From contig OZ024740.1 of assembly GCA_964016885.1 (NCBI GenBank), positions 140,430,001 through 140,494,000 on the forward strand: a stretch of DNA of 64,000 bases, read 5' to 3'. The position numbers and the translations under genes were made by a program. The notes beneath the pieces are model-generated. The model did no database searches and had not been told where the DNA came from. It saw only the letters and a list, made by a program, of their open reading frames with translations. The stretch's first letter is position 1. Every line of letters starts with the position of its first letter. The stretch is from Eledone cirrhosa (lineage: Eukaryota). Shown here one piece after another: positions 13,081 to 26,606 of this stretch.

Positions 13081-13969
13081 AGGACAAATGGCCTTCATAG
13101 TATCAACATGGTCTCCCGGTCTCTTATATAAAAAACCTCAAATAAAAAGTCAAGATTTGTTTCGATTTAACAGAGCAGAAAGAATTCGCGTCAGAATATT
13201 CCGACCAATCCAGCCTATATCAGCTGAATAAATATGTATATGGAGATATATATATACACACCCACATGCACATATATATATATATATACACACACACGCA
13301 CACACACACTCAAACACATGCATGCATACATGATGGCTGCCCCCTCGTTATCAAGTATGGCCATTGCACGATATACCATTATTAATAATTATTAATTAAT
13401 TCTATTGTGCAATGCCTGTGCATGAAGATATTTTTTTAAATGAGGAAAGACTGTGCACTGAGCCAATCCCACTCTCTGAGCGACAGTAGCTATAACCTGA
13501 AAAGAAGAAAATATCAACATCATCGGTAACTACTGAGCCGCAGGTTTTATATCGGAGTTATCCCAGTTTCCTGAGTTGCCTTCTCCTAGAAGAATGCCCT
13601 GACAAAGGCTAGGGGTCCTTCACTCCCAGTGGTTTAACCGCGTAATCGGGTGTCCAGCCTGATTATTTCTATGTCCCCGCGCATGTACATACACATGCAC
13701 CCATGTATATACACATATACATACATATGTACATGTGTATATACATATTTACACACTTTTGGATGGCCGTTGACTCTTATGAGATCTTCCGCCCTTTGTC
13801 AGGTTTTGTTTTTTGTCCTGCAGGGTGTCCAAAATCACCCTCCTCACCAAGTAAACTTGGTGGGGTTGCCAGTTTAGTCGCCGACGACCCGACCATGCGA
13901 CAGGTTGTACTGGGTTACATGTTACCAATAGCAGTCAAGAGTGACCCAACATACATACATACTACATGA

Positions 13970-16436
13970 TGGCTGCAAACTCGTGTTCAAGTATTGCCAT
14001 CGCCCGATAAAATGTTCAAAAATGTGAAGCACAAATGTGACTCTTTAAACCAGCCAAATACTTGCACCCTCTGGCACACACATGGCAACTTTAGGCTCCC
14101 CCGAAACCTTCCATTGCTTTGTTATGGCTGTATGTTCACATGTATCTTTTAAGACCTCCCATGCTTGTACATTTCTTACACCTTTTCAGATCATAATCTA
14201 CATGAGATCTACTGATATGACTTTGTTCATGTCTAATCAAACCAGCTTTGCTCAGGCTGACTCGACCACAGTGCTGGCAAACCAGATGATGTTCAACAGC
14301 AGGCAGTTCAGAACAGTCTCAATCCTCACCTTCCTTTTCAGTGTTAGGTGTTCTCTCCGACGAGTTTCAAAGTGTTCACCACCTGACTTGATCAAACGTC
14401 TCCACTTCACACGCTCGTCAGCCATTTTCTCCCATTCGTCAGATGAAATTCTAGCACAAGCCAAGGTGCCCCTGATACAGTCCCGGTACCGCCTTTTTGG
14501 TTTGTGGTGGTCGCCTTCCTTCACACAGTTCTCCATAGAGAAGTTGCTTTGGAATACGATCATCAGACATCTGGACCACGTGACTGCACCACCTCAACCG
14601 ATACAGAAAGATTATGCTCTCTATAGTCACGCACCTGCTCCGTTCTAGAACTTCTAAATCACTGGCGAACATTTTCCACCACACCCTAAGTAACTTATGA
14701 AGAGATTGTTGGTGAAATCTCTCCAGATCCTTGAGGTGCTTTCTGTATATGACCCACGTTTCACAAACATAAAGTAAAGAGGAGACGATACAAGTCAGAT
14801 ACACTTTCACCTTGGTTTGGATAGTGATACCTTGTCTGGACTATAAACGTTGATGCAGCCGTCCAAAAGCATCACTGGCTTTCTTGATTCTTAAGGATAT
14901 TTCATTATCATGTGTGCATGAAGTGTTCAACGTACTACCAAGGTAAACAAACTTGTCAGCAACTTTTAGCCTCTTTCCGTACACATACACACTTGGTGCA
15001 GTGTACTCGTTTCCAGGTACTGGCTGATACATCACAACAGTCTTTTCCAAGCTTATTGTGACGCCCAAAGTGCTGCAAGCTGCAGAAAAAGAGTTCATAA
15101 TATGCTGCATGTCACTTTGTGAATGTGCAAAAAGATCGCAGTCGTCTGCATACAAAAACTCTTGGATTGTAGATGTTAATACTTTTGTGCTTATACCAAA
15201 GCGCCTGGTGTTGAACAACCTTCCTGAAGTGCGATACCTGATGTAAACCCCATGAGAACAATATTTGAATGCCATGAGAAACACTATCGTAAAATATAAG
15301 GAAAACAGAGTTGGAGCCGGAATGTCCCCCTGCTTCACTCCATTTTCAACTGATATTGGTTCAGAGATGCTACCACCAATACTGACCAAAGCCTTCATGT
15401 CATCATGGAAAATATGCAGAATCTTCTACCCTACCTTGGATTTTTTTCCCACAACGCAGTTCGATTGACAGTGTCAAAGGCCTTTGTCAAGTCAACAAAG
15501 ACCTGGTAAAGGTCCATACATTGTTCGATACACTTTTCTTGCACCTGCCGAGCAGAAACGATCATATCCACTGTTCCTCTTTCGTTTCTGAACCCACACT
15601 GCGACTCAGGCAACACATTCAGACCAACTCTTGGAATCAATATTCGAAAACGACTTTACCAACTACTGAAAGAAGGGATATGACATGATAATTGCCACAT
15701 TTGTCCTTGCCGTCCTTTCCTTTATGGAGAATCACCATGAGCGCATCCTTCTTGTGGGACATTCTCATCTTCCCACACCATTTTCATGAGGTCAGTCAGG
15801 CGCTGCGTGAAGTTTTCACCACCACACTTCAAAACCACTCCACTCAGACCATCAATACCAGGAGACTTACCACAGTTCAGCTTATGCACAACAGAAGTCC
15901 CCTCTGCAAGAGAAGATACATTAGCCATCTCATATGCTTCACTGGTTCAATAGGAATGGAACAAATGAAATCATCATCAACCTGGGATGGCTGGTTTAAG
16001 AGCTCATCAAAGTGATCTCTCTATCTGTCGAGTGTCTTTTGGGTCGCACAGTAATTGCTTGCCATCTTTCGATCTCAAAGGGGCCACTGGAGAGCTGAAA
16101 GGGCCATACACCTCTGTGGGTAGAAAGTACGGCAGTTTCACATTGTTGCCGTCAGATGCCACTTGAACTTCATCTGCTTTGTTGCTCCACCAGGTATTTT
16201 GCATAGCCCTGAGTTTCACCTGCACTTCCTTCTTTACCTGTCTGTAATGCTCATAATTGTCACCAACAGAGCTACCACCTTTAAGAACTGCATCAAGTGC
16301 CTTTTGTTTTCTGTCTAGCAGAGCCTTGACCTCCTGGTCATTCTCATCAAACTAGTCCTTGTTTTCTTGTGACAAAGCCAAGGACCTCTGCTGAAGCCTC
16401 ATAGACCGAACTCCTGAAGTCCTTCCAGTTGTTCTC
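13970..16436 (-). mobile_element. BovB/RTE-1-like LINE, degraded reverse transcriptase
   Basis: ESQCGFR, VFVDLTKAFDTVNR, GVKQG..PAPTLFSLYF, FLYADDCDL, RIPKQLLYGEL across several frames. Confidence 0.9.
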
Positions 16437-17089
16437 ATACACGCATACATACTTACATATATACATGTATACATACATGCATACATACATCCATCCATAC
16501 ATGTATACACACATACATACATCCATCCATACGTGTATACATACATACAATGGTTAAAGTGTTTGACTGATGACCATAAGTTCATGGGTTCATATTTGGG
16601 ACCGGGTAGTTATTGAATCAACCTGATATCAATGTTTATTATACAACACACTTCCTCTTTGGTATAATATGACACATAGTAATATCTAACATAGTACCCA
16701 TCTAATCTGTTATAATATGATTTACTTTTCCTCTGTGAAGGCACATGCCTTAGGCGTTACGGTACTGGACTAACCATTATAAAGGCATGGCCTCGTTTCT
16801 TCGATCTTGCAGCATGCTGCGTCCTTCAGTAAAATACTTTAGTTCGTGGAGCATCTTCTACCAGGACTTGCGGCAGACAGATAATATCAGTAATGGAAAA
16901 AACCTTGTTTCATTAGTATGACCTGGAAATCAGTTCCACTCTATTTATCTTCTTTATTAAAGGCAATCAAATTAATTTTTATTTTATTCTTTTTCTTATT
17001 TTTCCATGTGTTAAATAAATTCCAAAAAATCGAACTAAATTGAAATTTTGTAATAAAATTTCCATAAAAGTTAATGTTTACAATACAAT

Positions 17090-17400
17090 AAAATGTAATA
17101 AAATGTATTGAAGTCGACGAAATGTGGACCTTCATTTTTGAAAGATGGATAATGCTATAAGCAGACCTTACAATATTGTACCACAATTTTCCTTTGTGCA
17201 AAAGTGGGCAGCCGAATTTAGGAAAGGATAGGGGATTCTTGAAGATGACCCAATGTCTGGACGTCCTACAACTGCCACTACCGAGGAAAACATTGATCTC
17301 AGTACTGCAACACCGATGGAAGTGTGTGAAACGCAAGGGAGACTATGTTGAAAAATAAACCTCATTTGGTCACATTCCATGAGAGTATCTTTGTCAACCC
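17090..17400 (+). mobile_element. Mariner transposase remnant, internally deleted
   Basis: VQKWAAEFRKG..LEDDPMSGRPTTATTEENID joined to the C-terminal RWKCVKRKGDYVEK*. Confidence 0.8.
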
Positions 17401-17707
17401 TCGTATCTATGCGCAATATACGTAAAGATACAGAATTAATCATTTATATGTTCATAGAATGTAGAAAACAAGTCATTTTCACCAACAGTTGAATTACTTC
17501 TGACAGCTAATACCATGAACTTAAATGAATTTTCACCAACAGTGGAGTTACTTCTGACAGCTAATACCATGAAATATATGAACTAAAAAAAAAATTTCAT
17601 TTAAGTAACTCCAGTTACGCGTGGTAGTAATACGGAAATAAACGATGTTTTGCTTTCATCGGCTGCTTTCGACTGACAGCTAATAAATAGCGTTGAAGTG
17701 CCGTGTG

Positions 17708-17888
17708 TTTTTTCAGTACGTCTTCATCAGATAAAATATATGATTTGATATATGACATACCGCTACGGTCTTGATTATACAATTCCAGTATTGAAATATT
17801 GCCAATACTGGAATTGTATAATCAAGACCGTAGCGGTATGTCATATATCAAATCATATATTTTATCTGATGAAGACATACTGAAAAAA
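17708..17888. repeat. Near-perfect palindrome, 86-bp arms, 9-nt loop
   Basis: 17708-17793 is the reverse complement of 17803-17888 with one mismatch (17719/17877). Confidence 0.95.
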
Positions 17889-17924
17889 AAACAATACAGT
17901 ACCTTTGAAATATATATAATAAAG
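17860..17924 (+). ncRNA. Minimal type I hammerhead ribozyme, family A
   Basis: ttttat-CTGATGA-agacatactg...cagtaccttt-GAAA-t-atat-a-TA-ataaag. Predicted cut after 17918. Confidence 0.75.
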
Positions 17925-18820
17925 CATATATTTTGATTATGAGAATATCTTTCATTTGTTAATATTTTGAATATTAAAAACTTCAGGAAAACTTTTTCAT
18001 GTTGAGTGCTTTTAATCTATTGTAAAATTGTATTCATTGAGTAATCAACGAACCATATTAATCATTGGTTATATATATATATATATATTGACGTAATAGT
18101 CACTTATATATATTATGAATATGGGCTTCTTGCTCACATTAATTTCTCTATTTTCATTTATATATATATATATATATATATATTAAGAGAGTAAAACAAA
18201 GAATCCTTTAATACATCAAAAGTTTTTATTAGCCGACAATGATATATATATATATCAACACATACATGAATCGAGAAGTCAGAAACAATCAAAATTAGGT
18301 GCAAAGTTAGAAGATACAACAGTCATTAATTATATCAATACTTGCGAAATTCCGAACGTAAAGGCAAAGAAAGTTTTCATAGGTTTGTCTATTGTGTATC
18401 TGATGTCTCTTATTACCTACGAATGGACGGAGTAACAAAATAATAAACGTAGTGAAAAACTAATAACTTTAAAGGCAAATTTATAAGTAGGGAAAAAATC
18501 ATCGTTTACTAAGAATTAAACTTACCTTCGGGATTGATTAAATAACGGGAGGAGAACACAAGAGACGTGTGTGAGTTTCATAAAACAGATTTGTGTTCTA
18601 TATACACAGTATAATGCACGAAGATTTTTCCAGGAAAAAAATGTTTAACGAAATCGGAAAATGACACTTGTTGTAATTTGTTTTCAAGGGAGACAATCTA
18701 CAAACATACTTTATGTATAGACATGTGTGTTTGTGTATTTCTATATTTATAGAGCGTGAAACTAATAAACCTTTGTTTGTACGGCCTCTCTGTTTTGTTC
18801 CCGTTCCATTTTTCACTATA

Positions 18821-18859
<39 letters not shown>

Positions 18860-19370
18860 TTACATATATTTTATCTTCGTTTAATGTCCATCTTCCACGC
18901 TAGCATGGATTTTATTTATTTATTACATTTTTAGAAATACAGACTTATAATCAATTAATTATTGTTAAGAACCTTATAAATAAAATACACAAATATATAT
19001 ATACATATATCATAATCATCATCAACGTTTAATGTCCATTGTTCCACGCTAGCATAGGTTTTAGACGAGTCGGCCCGTTATAAGTTAGATCAGATGACCG
19101 TGTTTTGCACATACACAGCTGTCTCTGGGTTGGTTTCTACGGCTAGAATACCAACTTCATTTACAGTGCGTGCTGGGTGTTTTTTGTTGTGACACACACA
19201 ATCTCGGTATGGTGAACTAACTGTTGTGTAACCACTTCTACCTAACTCGTCCCTTGGACTGAGTGCTCTACCATTACGAATATTACCTTCCAGTGTTCCA
19301 CCACTATATATATATATATAATGACTAAATTATAACCATCAACATAGTCAAGGTATGTCAGGCATCAACT

Positions 19371-19436
19371 TATTTTATCTGATGAGGACGTACTGTTTAA
19401 ATAGCACAGTACCTCTGAAATATGTATAATAAAATA
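19371..19436 (+). ncRNA. Minimal type I hammerhead ribozyme, family A
   Basis: tattttat-CTGATGA-ggacgtactg...cagtacctct-GAAA-t-atgt-a-TA-ataaaata. 8-bp stem I; predicted cut after 19428. Confidence 0.8.
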
Positions 19437-19628
19437 TATTTGATCACATGAATGTCTATATTTATTAATATTTTGAAGTAATATATATATATATATATAT
19501 AAGCAAAGAGATATTTAATTTGTTGGTTATTCAACAAATTTATTTATAACAGATTCGAAGCACTCTACAAGTTTTCTGGAGTATAATATGATATTAATAA
19601 ATGGAAACTATATTTATAAAACCATATT

Positions 19629-19689
19629 TATTTTATTATATATATTTCAAGGGTACCATAATTTTGGTACGCTCTCATCAGATAAAATA
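19629..19689 (-). ncRNA. Minimal type I hammerhead ribozyme, family A
   Basis: Minus strand: tattttat-CTGATGA-gagcgtacca-aaatta-tggtaccctt-GAAA-t-atat-a-TA-ataaaata. Confidence 0.85.
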
Positions 19690-20339
19690 CAAAATTTGTT
19701 TTATAAATGTTGACATACCCAAGAAACCAGACCTTATCGGTTCAGGTTCAGTATATATATACTGTAATATATATACTGTAATGACGAGAGTCTATGGCTC
19801 CGTTAATGTATCGTGATATATACTGTATATATATATATGTGTGTGAATGAAGTAATTCCGTCGGAAAAGTCCAGGAAAAAAGAGTGCTCTAGACGCCAGG
19901 ATTTTTTCATTCTGATGTTTGAAAGCAAAATTTTTTGCTTTTAAGAAACCACTGGTAAATGGAATAATTGCCTTATGTTGTTTATTACATAACTATATAT
20001 ATATATATATATAATCAGATAGGGTGTGGTAAAAAAAAACAGGTGGACCATAACCCACCAGAGTACTCGATACTTGGGATAGTAGAGTGGGTAGAGCCTA
20101 GCCGTCAGGGTCCTGAATCTTTTCATATATATATATATGTATAAGTATATACACACATACAGTAATTTTGTTGTCTCTTACTGTGAAAATATATATCTTC
20201 TATTCCTCTACTTTATTCTAATTTCAAGTTCCCTCAAACTTACAATCATGTTCTAATGATATTGAATATACTTAAAGGTGTGACACTGAAATTCGTGAAC
20301 GTAATTAAGAATGTAGGTAATTAAGAATGTAGGATTCAC

Positions 20340-21305
20340 ATGCAGCAGCTGTGCTGAAACAGCAAGCAAACAGCCACAGGAAACAAGTACCACCAATCTC
20401 TGGGAGGGCCCTGTAGAAACAGTAGACAGCTTCTGCTACCTAGGTGACCGAATTAGCAACGGAGGAGGGTGCTCAGAAAGTACAATAACTAGGGTAAGAA
20501 CGGGATGGAAGAAGTTTAGGGAACTACTACCACTGCTAGCTGCAAAAGGCTTCTCCCTCAGAATGAAAGGCAGACTGTATGATGCGTGTATCCGAACAGC
20601 GATGTTGCATGGTAGTGAGACCTGGGCGCTGAAGGTGGAAGACTTACGTAGATTAGAGAGAAACGAAGCCTGCATGCTCCGATGGATGTGTAACAGTAAT
20701 ATACGTGAACGACAAAGCATAAATGAATTGAGAGAGAGACTGAGCATAAGAGGAATCAAATGCTGCGTGCAGGAGAGGCGGTTACGCTGGTATGGACATG
20801 TGATGCGTATGAAGGATGACAGCTGCATAAAAAGGTGCAGAGCACTAGAAGTTGATGGAAACCGCGGAGTGGGGAGACCCAAGATGACTTGGGATGAGGT
20901 GATAAAAGCCGACCTTACCCAACTACACCTCTCAAAGTCAATGACACACGACCGTGACTTCTGGCGTCACGCAGTAATACAGGGTACCCGACCTCCCATG
21001 GGTACATGCTGAAGCATATAAACAATATGCCCCCCCCCCCCCCACCGCAAGGTGGTCGTGGAGGTGCCACGGCAAAAAAGCACCCAGCCCACACTGTAAA
21101 GTGGACGTGTAGGCGCCACGAAAAAGCACCCAGCACTCACTGTAAATGAGGTTGGTGTTAGGAAGGGCATCCAGCTGTAGAAATCAAGCCAGATCAGTTC
21201 CTGTATGAGCAAGGCATGGTCAGCCGACCAGACACTGCCCACAACAGGACAACCCGTCTAACCCATGCTAGCGTGGAAGAACGGACGTAAAACGGTGATG
21301 ATGAT
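20340..21305 (+). mobile_element. RTE LINE 3' end, 5'-truncated, with (GAT)n tail
   Basis: ORF 20563-21012 MKGRLYDACIRTAMLHGSETW...RLRWYGHVMR...GRPKMTW, followed by the 3'UTR. Confidence 0.9.
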
Positions 21306-21529
21306 ATAAACGGAAAAAATGAAACAAAATTTCATTTCTCACTCTTAGTACAGCTGTTACTTAAATATAAGTATGTATACGTACATACATATATGTATAC
21401 AGACGTACAGTAGTATGTATATATATATATACATACATGCACACATATATATATGTACGTATGGATTCACCGAACATTTATTATAATGCTCGGTGTGTTT
21501 GTAAACAAACATCCCGAATTAAGCCGTAC

Positions 21530-23968
21530 AGTGTCTAGCAACCATCGTTGGTACCGAAAGCTATCAACCACTTCTATAGCACCCACCTGCATTTGAAAAA
21601 TGTGTCTATCAATGCGACTTCTACTGTCTAATTTCCCTGTACATCAACTGCATACGTATTTCTTCCTACCTGTTAGTTTGCCTGCTATCCCACTACATCT
21701 CTTGTGTACCCAAGATCTGCATTGTGTGTATTTTATAGATTTTATGCCATTTCCTTTTCTGCATATCAAACATGGCCATTTCCCTGACAGAATCAGAGTT
21801 TTGTCCTCTTTTCTACTCATCAACACTTTTGTCTTAGCTAGGTTCACTCTCAGTCCTCTTGATTCCAATTGCTGTTTCCATAGACAGAATTTATTCTCTA
21901 GCTCCTCTACTGATTCTGCTATAAGAACCAGATCGTCAGCATAGAGAAGTTCCCATGGACAGCCAGTCTTAAACTCCTCTGTTATGGCTTGGAGGACTAT
22001 AATGAACAAGAGCAGGCTGAGGACCAAACCCTGATGTACCCCTACTTGTATCTGGAATACCTCACTAAACTTCCATTCCTACCCTCACTTTACTGACAGC
22101 ACCTCTGTACAAAGTTTGCACTGTCCTCACAAGCCATTCCTCAACACCTAGTTTCCTTAGGGTCCACCAGATGACAGATCGAGGTACCCTATCAAAGGCC
22201 TTCTCTAGGTCAACAAAATCTAAGTATAGTGGCTTATTCTTCTCTAAGAACCTCTCTTGTAACTGTCTCACCAAGAAGAGGGCATCTGTTGTACTTTTCC
22301 CAGGCACAAAACCAAACTGCATCTCATCTAGTTTGACCCTTTCTCTAATTAGTTGTGCTAATATCCTTTCTGCCACTTTCATAACCTGATCCATCAGTTT
22401 TATACCCCTATAATTGTTCCTCTCCAGAGCATCCTCTTTGTAGCAATTTATGAGAATACTGCTGCACCAGTCTTTTGGTATGACACCACCATATATAGCC
22501 TGATTGATGATGCGTGCAACCAGTTTGGTGCCTATATCCCCTGATGCCTTCAGCATATCAGCAACTATCCCCGACGGTCCAGCGGCCTTACCATTTTTCA
22601 TTTCCTTAATCGCCTCTTGGATGCTATATTCATCAATCTCAATAGCTGGTCCCTCTGTTGGATCTACTGAGGGTAATTTCTCTCTGTCCCATTCGTTCTC
22701 CACATTCATCAGTCTCTCATAATGACATTTTCAAGCCTCCTTTTTCTGATCATTCGTGACACTAAGTACACCGGCATCATTCCGGACACATTTATCTCCA
22801 ACATCCTGATTTGCATTGACACACTGCCTTGCAATGTGGAACACTGCACGTCTCTGATCTTCCCATTGCAGAACATTGGCAAACCTCCTACTCTCAGCCT
22901 CCCTGCGTGCTAAATACACCTGACGTCTAGCTTCTCTCTTAGCGACTGTATATCCATCCCTACTCCCACCCTTTTTCCAAGCCTTCCATGCTACTCTTTT
23001 GTCTCTAGTGGTCCTATCTACTGTGCCGTTCCACCACCAGGTCACTCTCTGTCTGGTTGGAGCTCTGCTCCAGCCACAAGTTTCATCAGTAGCCTGCAGT
23101 AAGTTATCACGTAAGAAATTCCAGTTATCATCTATGTCATACGACTCTAAATCGTCTTCTTTTTCGTCATACACATCTTGAAGGGCTTTCCTAAATTTAT
23201 ATTTTAGTGAAAGGTCTTTTAGCTTCCAGACCTTTCTTCTCAACACCTTCCTGTATGTCTCATTCCATCTCTTGCTTACTGAGATATCACTAACGACTAA
23301 CCTATGCTGTGGGGTACATTCTTCCCCAGGGTATGCCTTGGTATTTGACACCATCTGCCTGTCCCGCTGCCTAATTAGTAAGAAGTCAATCTGGCTTATG
23401 TGCTTGCCTGATTTGTAGGTTATTAGGTGCTTGGCAGGTTTCTGGAAGTTAGTGTTGCAAATGGTTAGTGTACTTGCATCACAAAATTCAAGAAGTCTCA
23501 CTCCTTCTTCATTTTTGGAGCCGTAACCATGCCCACCATGTACCCCAGTGTAACCATCCTGGAGCTGTCCAACATGACCATTGAAGTCCCCTGCTAGCAT
23601 AAAGTAGTCTCCGTCCTGTCATTGCGGCTGTTTGTAAAAGTTGCTCGTAAAAGCAGTCTTTCTCTTCTTTACCTAGGCTTGCTTGGGGAACATAGGCAGA
23701 GATGATTGTCAGTAGTCTCCTGCCTACAACTAATCTAAGCTTAATTATTCTATTATTAACTCAAACTACCTCTGTTGTCTTATCGATCCATCTCTCAGCC
23801 AGGAAAATGCCTACTCCCCCTAACCGATCATCCTTACCTACCTAAAGCTTATAACTAAGATGTTTGCCTGTGATTAGTCTCGCAGAGGAACCTCTCCATC
23901 TCACCTCTTGCACGCAGCACACATCCACATGCCTTGCCTTCTCTCCAGCATCTCCGCTATTTCACCAG
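21530..23968 (-). mobile_element. RTE LINE, degraded APE endonuclease plus RT
   Basis: AGDFNGHVG, SQIDFLL, QFGFVPGKSTTDA, FVDLEKAFDRVPR, ELLYADDLVL. Confidence 0.92.
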
Positions 23969-23999
<31 letters not shown>

Positions 24000-24049
24000 T
24001 AATAAAATGATAGGAGCCTGGACTTGTGTAAATCCTTGAAAGGTTTATT

Positions 24050-24107
24050 ATACTATGATCATTTCAATGACCAGGTTGCATATGAATCCGGTGATATCAT
24101 CAGGTAT
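24050..24107 (-). ncRNA. Minimal type I hammerhead ribozyme, family B
   Basis: Minus strand: atac-CTGATGA-tatcaccgg...cctggtcatt-GAAA-t-gatc-a-TA-gtat. Confidence 0.7.
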
Positions 24108-24583
24108 TCGAAATATAATAAATGAATGTAATAGATAAAATCCATGGGGCTGAAAATCACAGACCGGAGGATGACCGACCATCTAGCATCTTCCACTTTA
24201 GCCGGTCGCCCTCAAGTGCTGGCTATTCGGTCTACTTGAGGCTATCTGGTGAGGGGGCTAAAGCTACTGTGCTACTACCCTCCTGGTCAAATAGAAGAAA
24301 AACAGAAAGGGAGAGGAAGATAAGTCAGCGTTAATATCATGCTACAAGAAAAAAGACAGAAAGAAGGGGGAAGAAAAGGAAGAAGAAGAAAAGTCAGCGT
24401 TAATGTCGAGCTATAAGAAGAAAGACAGAAAGAAAGAGGAAGAAAAGTCTGTATTGATGTCAAGCTACAGTCAGGCCAGGAATGGTGTGAAAAAAATTTA
24501 TTCTAAAGGACCCGTATCTTAACAGAGGTATATATTATAACAGAGGTAAATATAGTAGGGGTCTGCATGTTATAATGTGTGAG

Positions 24584-25718
24584 CAGAAGATTGGAACGTT
24601 AAATTTTTGTTTAGATTTATAGGATGAAGTTACAAAAATTTAATATTTAATATTAACATTATAAAATTAAAGAAATTAGGAAATTGAAAATTAAACAGTT
24701 TAACATTTTTTAGATTTTGGTTGCGAGGTTTAAGTAAAGAAAGAGTCTTTTATGAAGAAACTTAAATTGTATTATAGAGTAAAGGATATGTCCTTGTTTA
24801 GCAGTCAAACAGCATGCGGCGACTGCAGGCTCCGGCCAGCCCAACCTTACCTCGTGTCAGCCATTCCGAGTGAGATCGCCTAGCGAAAGATATGGAAATC
24901 AATTTTTCCAAGCACTCTAGGAATGTATAACAGGCTTCAGGTGCGCTAGTGGGAAGTCAGCCATCGTCGTTAGGCCATCCTTGTACCAAACCAGTACTAT
25001 TAATTTACCCAGGAGGGGGATTTGTTTAAGTAGAGGGAGGCGTGATACATCTAATAGTTATGATTAGGTCTATAATTTAAAGGTACTATATGGCGGTAAA
25101 AAAAACGGCTGCGCGCCGGGTCCCTGGGGGCGAATCAAGCCACTCCGAGTAGTTTCATTTACCGAAAGAAGGGGAAATTTACTTTTCCAAGCACTCAAGG
25201 TAGGCCTATGCGCCAGGAGGCCGGTCCCACAGCCAGGAAAACCAACCCAACAGTCCGACAGAAAATTGGAACGTTAAATTATTGTTTAGATTTATAGGAT
25301 GAAGTTAAAAAAATTAAAGATTAACATTATAAAATTAAAGAGTTAGAAAATTGAAAATTAAACAGTTTAAAACTTTTTTGAGGTTTTGGGTTGCGAGGTT
25401 TAGTTAAAGAAAGAGTCTTTTATGAAGAAACTTTAATTGTATTATAGAGATCCTCTATAAGTTATGCTAGTGGGATGTAGAGTAAAGGATATGTCCTTGT
25501 TTAGCAGTAAGACAGCATGTGGCGACTGCAGACCCCTGCCTGCTCATCCTAACCACGTGTCAGCTATTCCGAGTGAGATCGTCTAGCGAAAGATATGGAA
25601 ATCAATTATTCCAAGCACTCAAGGAATGTATTCCAGGCTTCAGGTGTGCTAGTGGGAAGTCAGCCATCATCGTTATGCCATCGTTATGCCAAACGAGTAC
25701 CATTAATTTATACAGGAG
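24584..25718. repeat. Internal ~430-460 bp duplication (24584-25015 vs 25259-25718)
   Basis: Both begin cagaa(g/a)attggaacgttaaatt and share gtaaaggatatgtccttgtttagcagt and gctagtgggaagtcagccatc. Confidence 0.9.
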
Positions 25719-26442
25719 AGTCCGGGCAATAGCTATTATTGTTCTCAGGGGGAGACATTCTAGTGTCGTGTGCTAATGGGTACAAGCGAGTAAAAGTCCG
25801 AATAAGAGGAGTAAAAAATACATGGATATATAGAAGTAGAATACGTGGAAAAAGCACATTAATAAAGCAAAGGTAGAAAGATATAAATAAACAAACAAGA
25901 GTGGTGGTGGAGTAAAATGGAGAAAACACAGGAGAAATACAATATAGTTCAAGTTGCAGTCAGATAATGCATATAGATGTGGAAATGGAATCAGTGTGTG
26001 TTCGAGTCTGAGAATTCAGTGTGAGTTACACAGGCCCTGAAGTATAGGGTAGAGAATTTAGTCAATACAGTACAGTACAATACAGGTTATGGTATAATCC
26101 GTAGAATTTTGTCAAAGTCTGAATATTCCGAGAAGGAAGTAGCATTGGGCCAGGTGGGCTCAGAGTAGCCAAAAACCGAATGGTGGTTAGATCCAGTTAG
26201 TCCTATGCCGCTGTTCATTATTACATTTGGAAGTGCTCAACATTTCAGGAGCATCATTTATTCAGGTTTGAAGGTTCACCACTGGATAGAGCTGGTCAAT
26301 CTTAATGTAATAATATGGAGAGTACTCAACGTAAAGCAGTTCAACCGTCTTCGTTTTTGTAGTTGGTGGTGCGAGTACGGAGTTAAATATTATAATAAAA
26401 TGACAGGAGTCTGGACTTGTGTAAATCCTTGAAAGGTTTATT

Positions 26443-26500
26443 ATACTATGATCATTTCAATGACCGGTTTCCATATGAATCCGGTGATATCATCAGGTAT
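26443..26500 (-). ncRNA. Minimal type I hammerhead ribozyme, family B
   Basis: Direct-repeat copy of 24050-24107 at offset 2393. Stem II tatcaccgg/ccggtcatt. Confidence 0.7.
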
Positions 26501-26548
26501 TCGAAATATAATAAATGAATGTAATAGATAAAATCCATTATATTTCGA

Positions 26549-26606
26549 ATACCTGATGATATCACCGGATTCATACAGAACCTGGTCATTGAAATGATCA
26601 TAGTAT
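26549..26606 (+). ncRNA. Minimal type I hammerhead ribozyme, family B (inverted copy)
   Basis: atac-CTGATGA(26553-59)...GAAA(26591-94)-t-gatc-a-TA-gtat. Confidence 0.7.
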
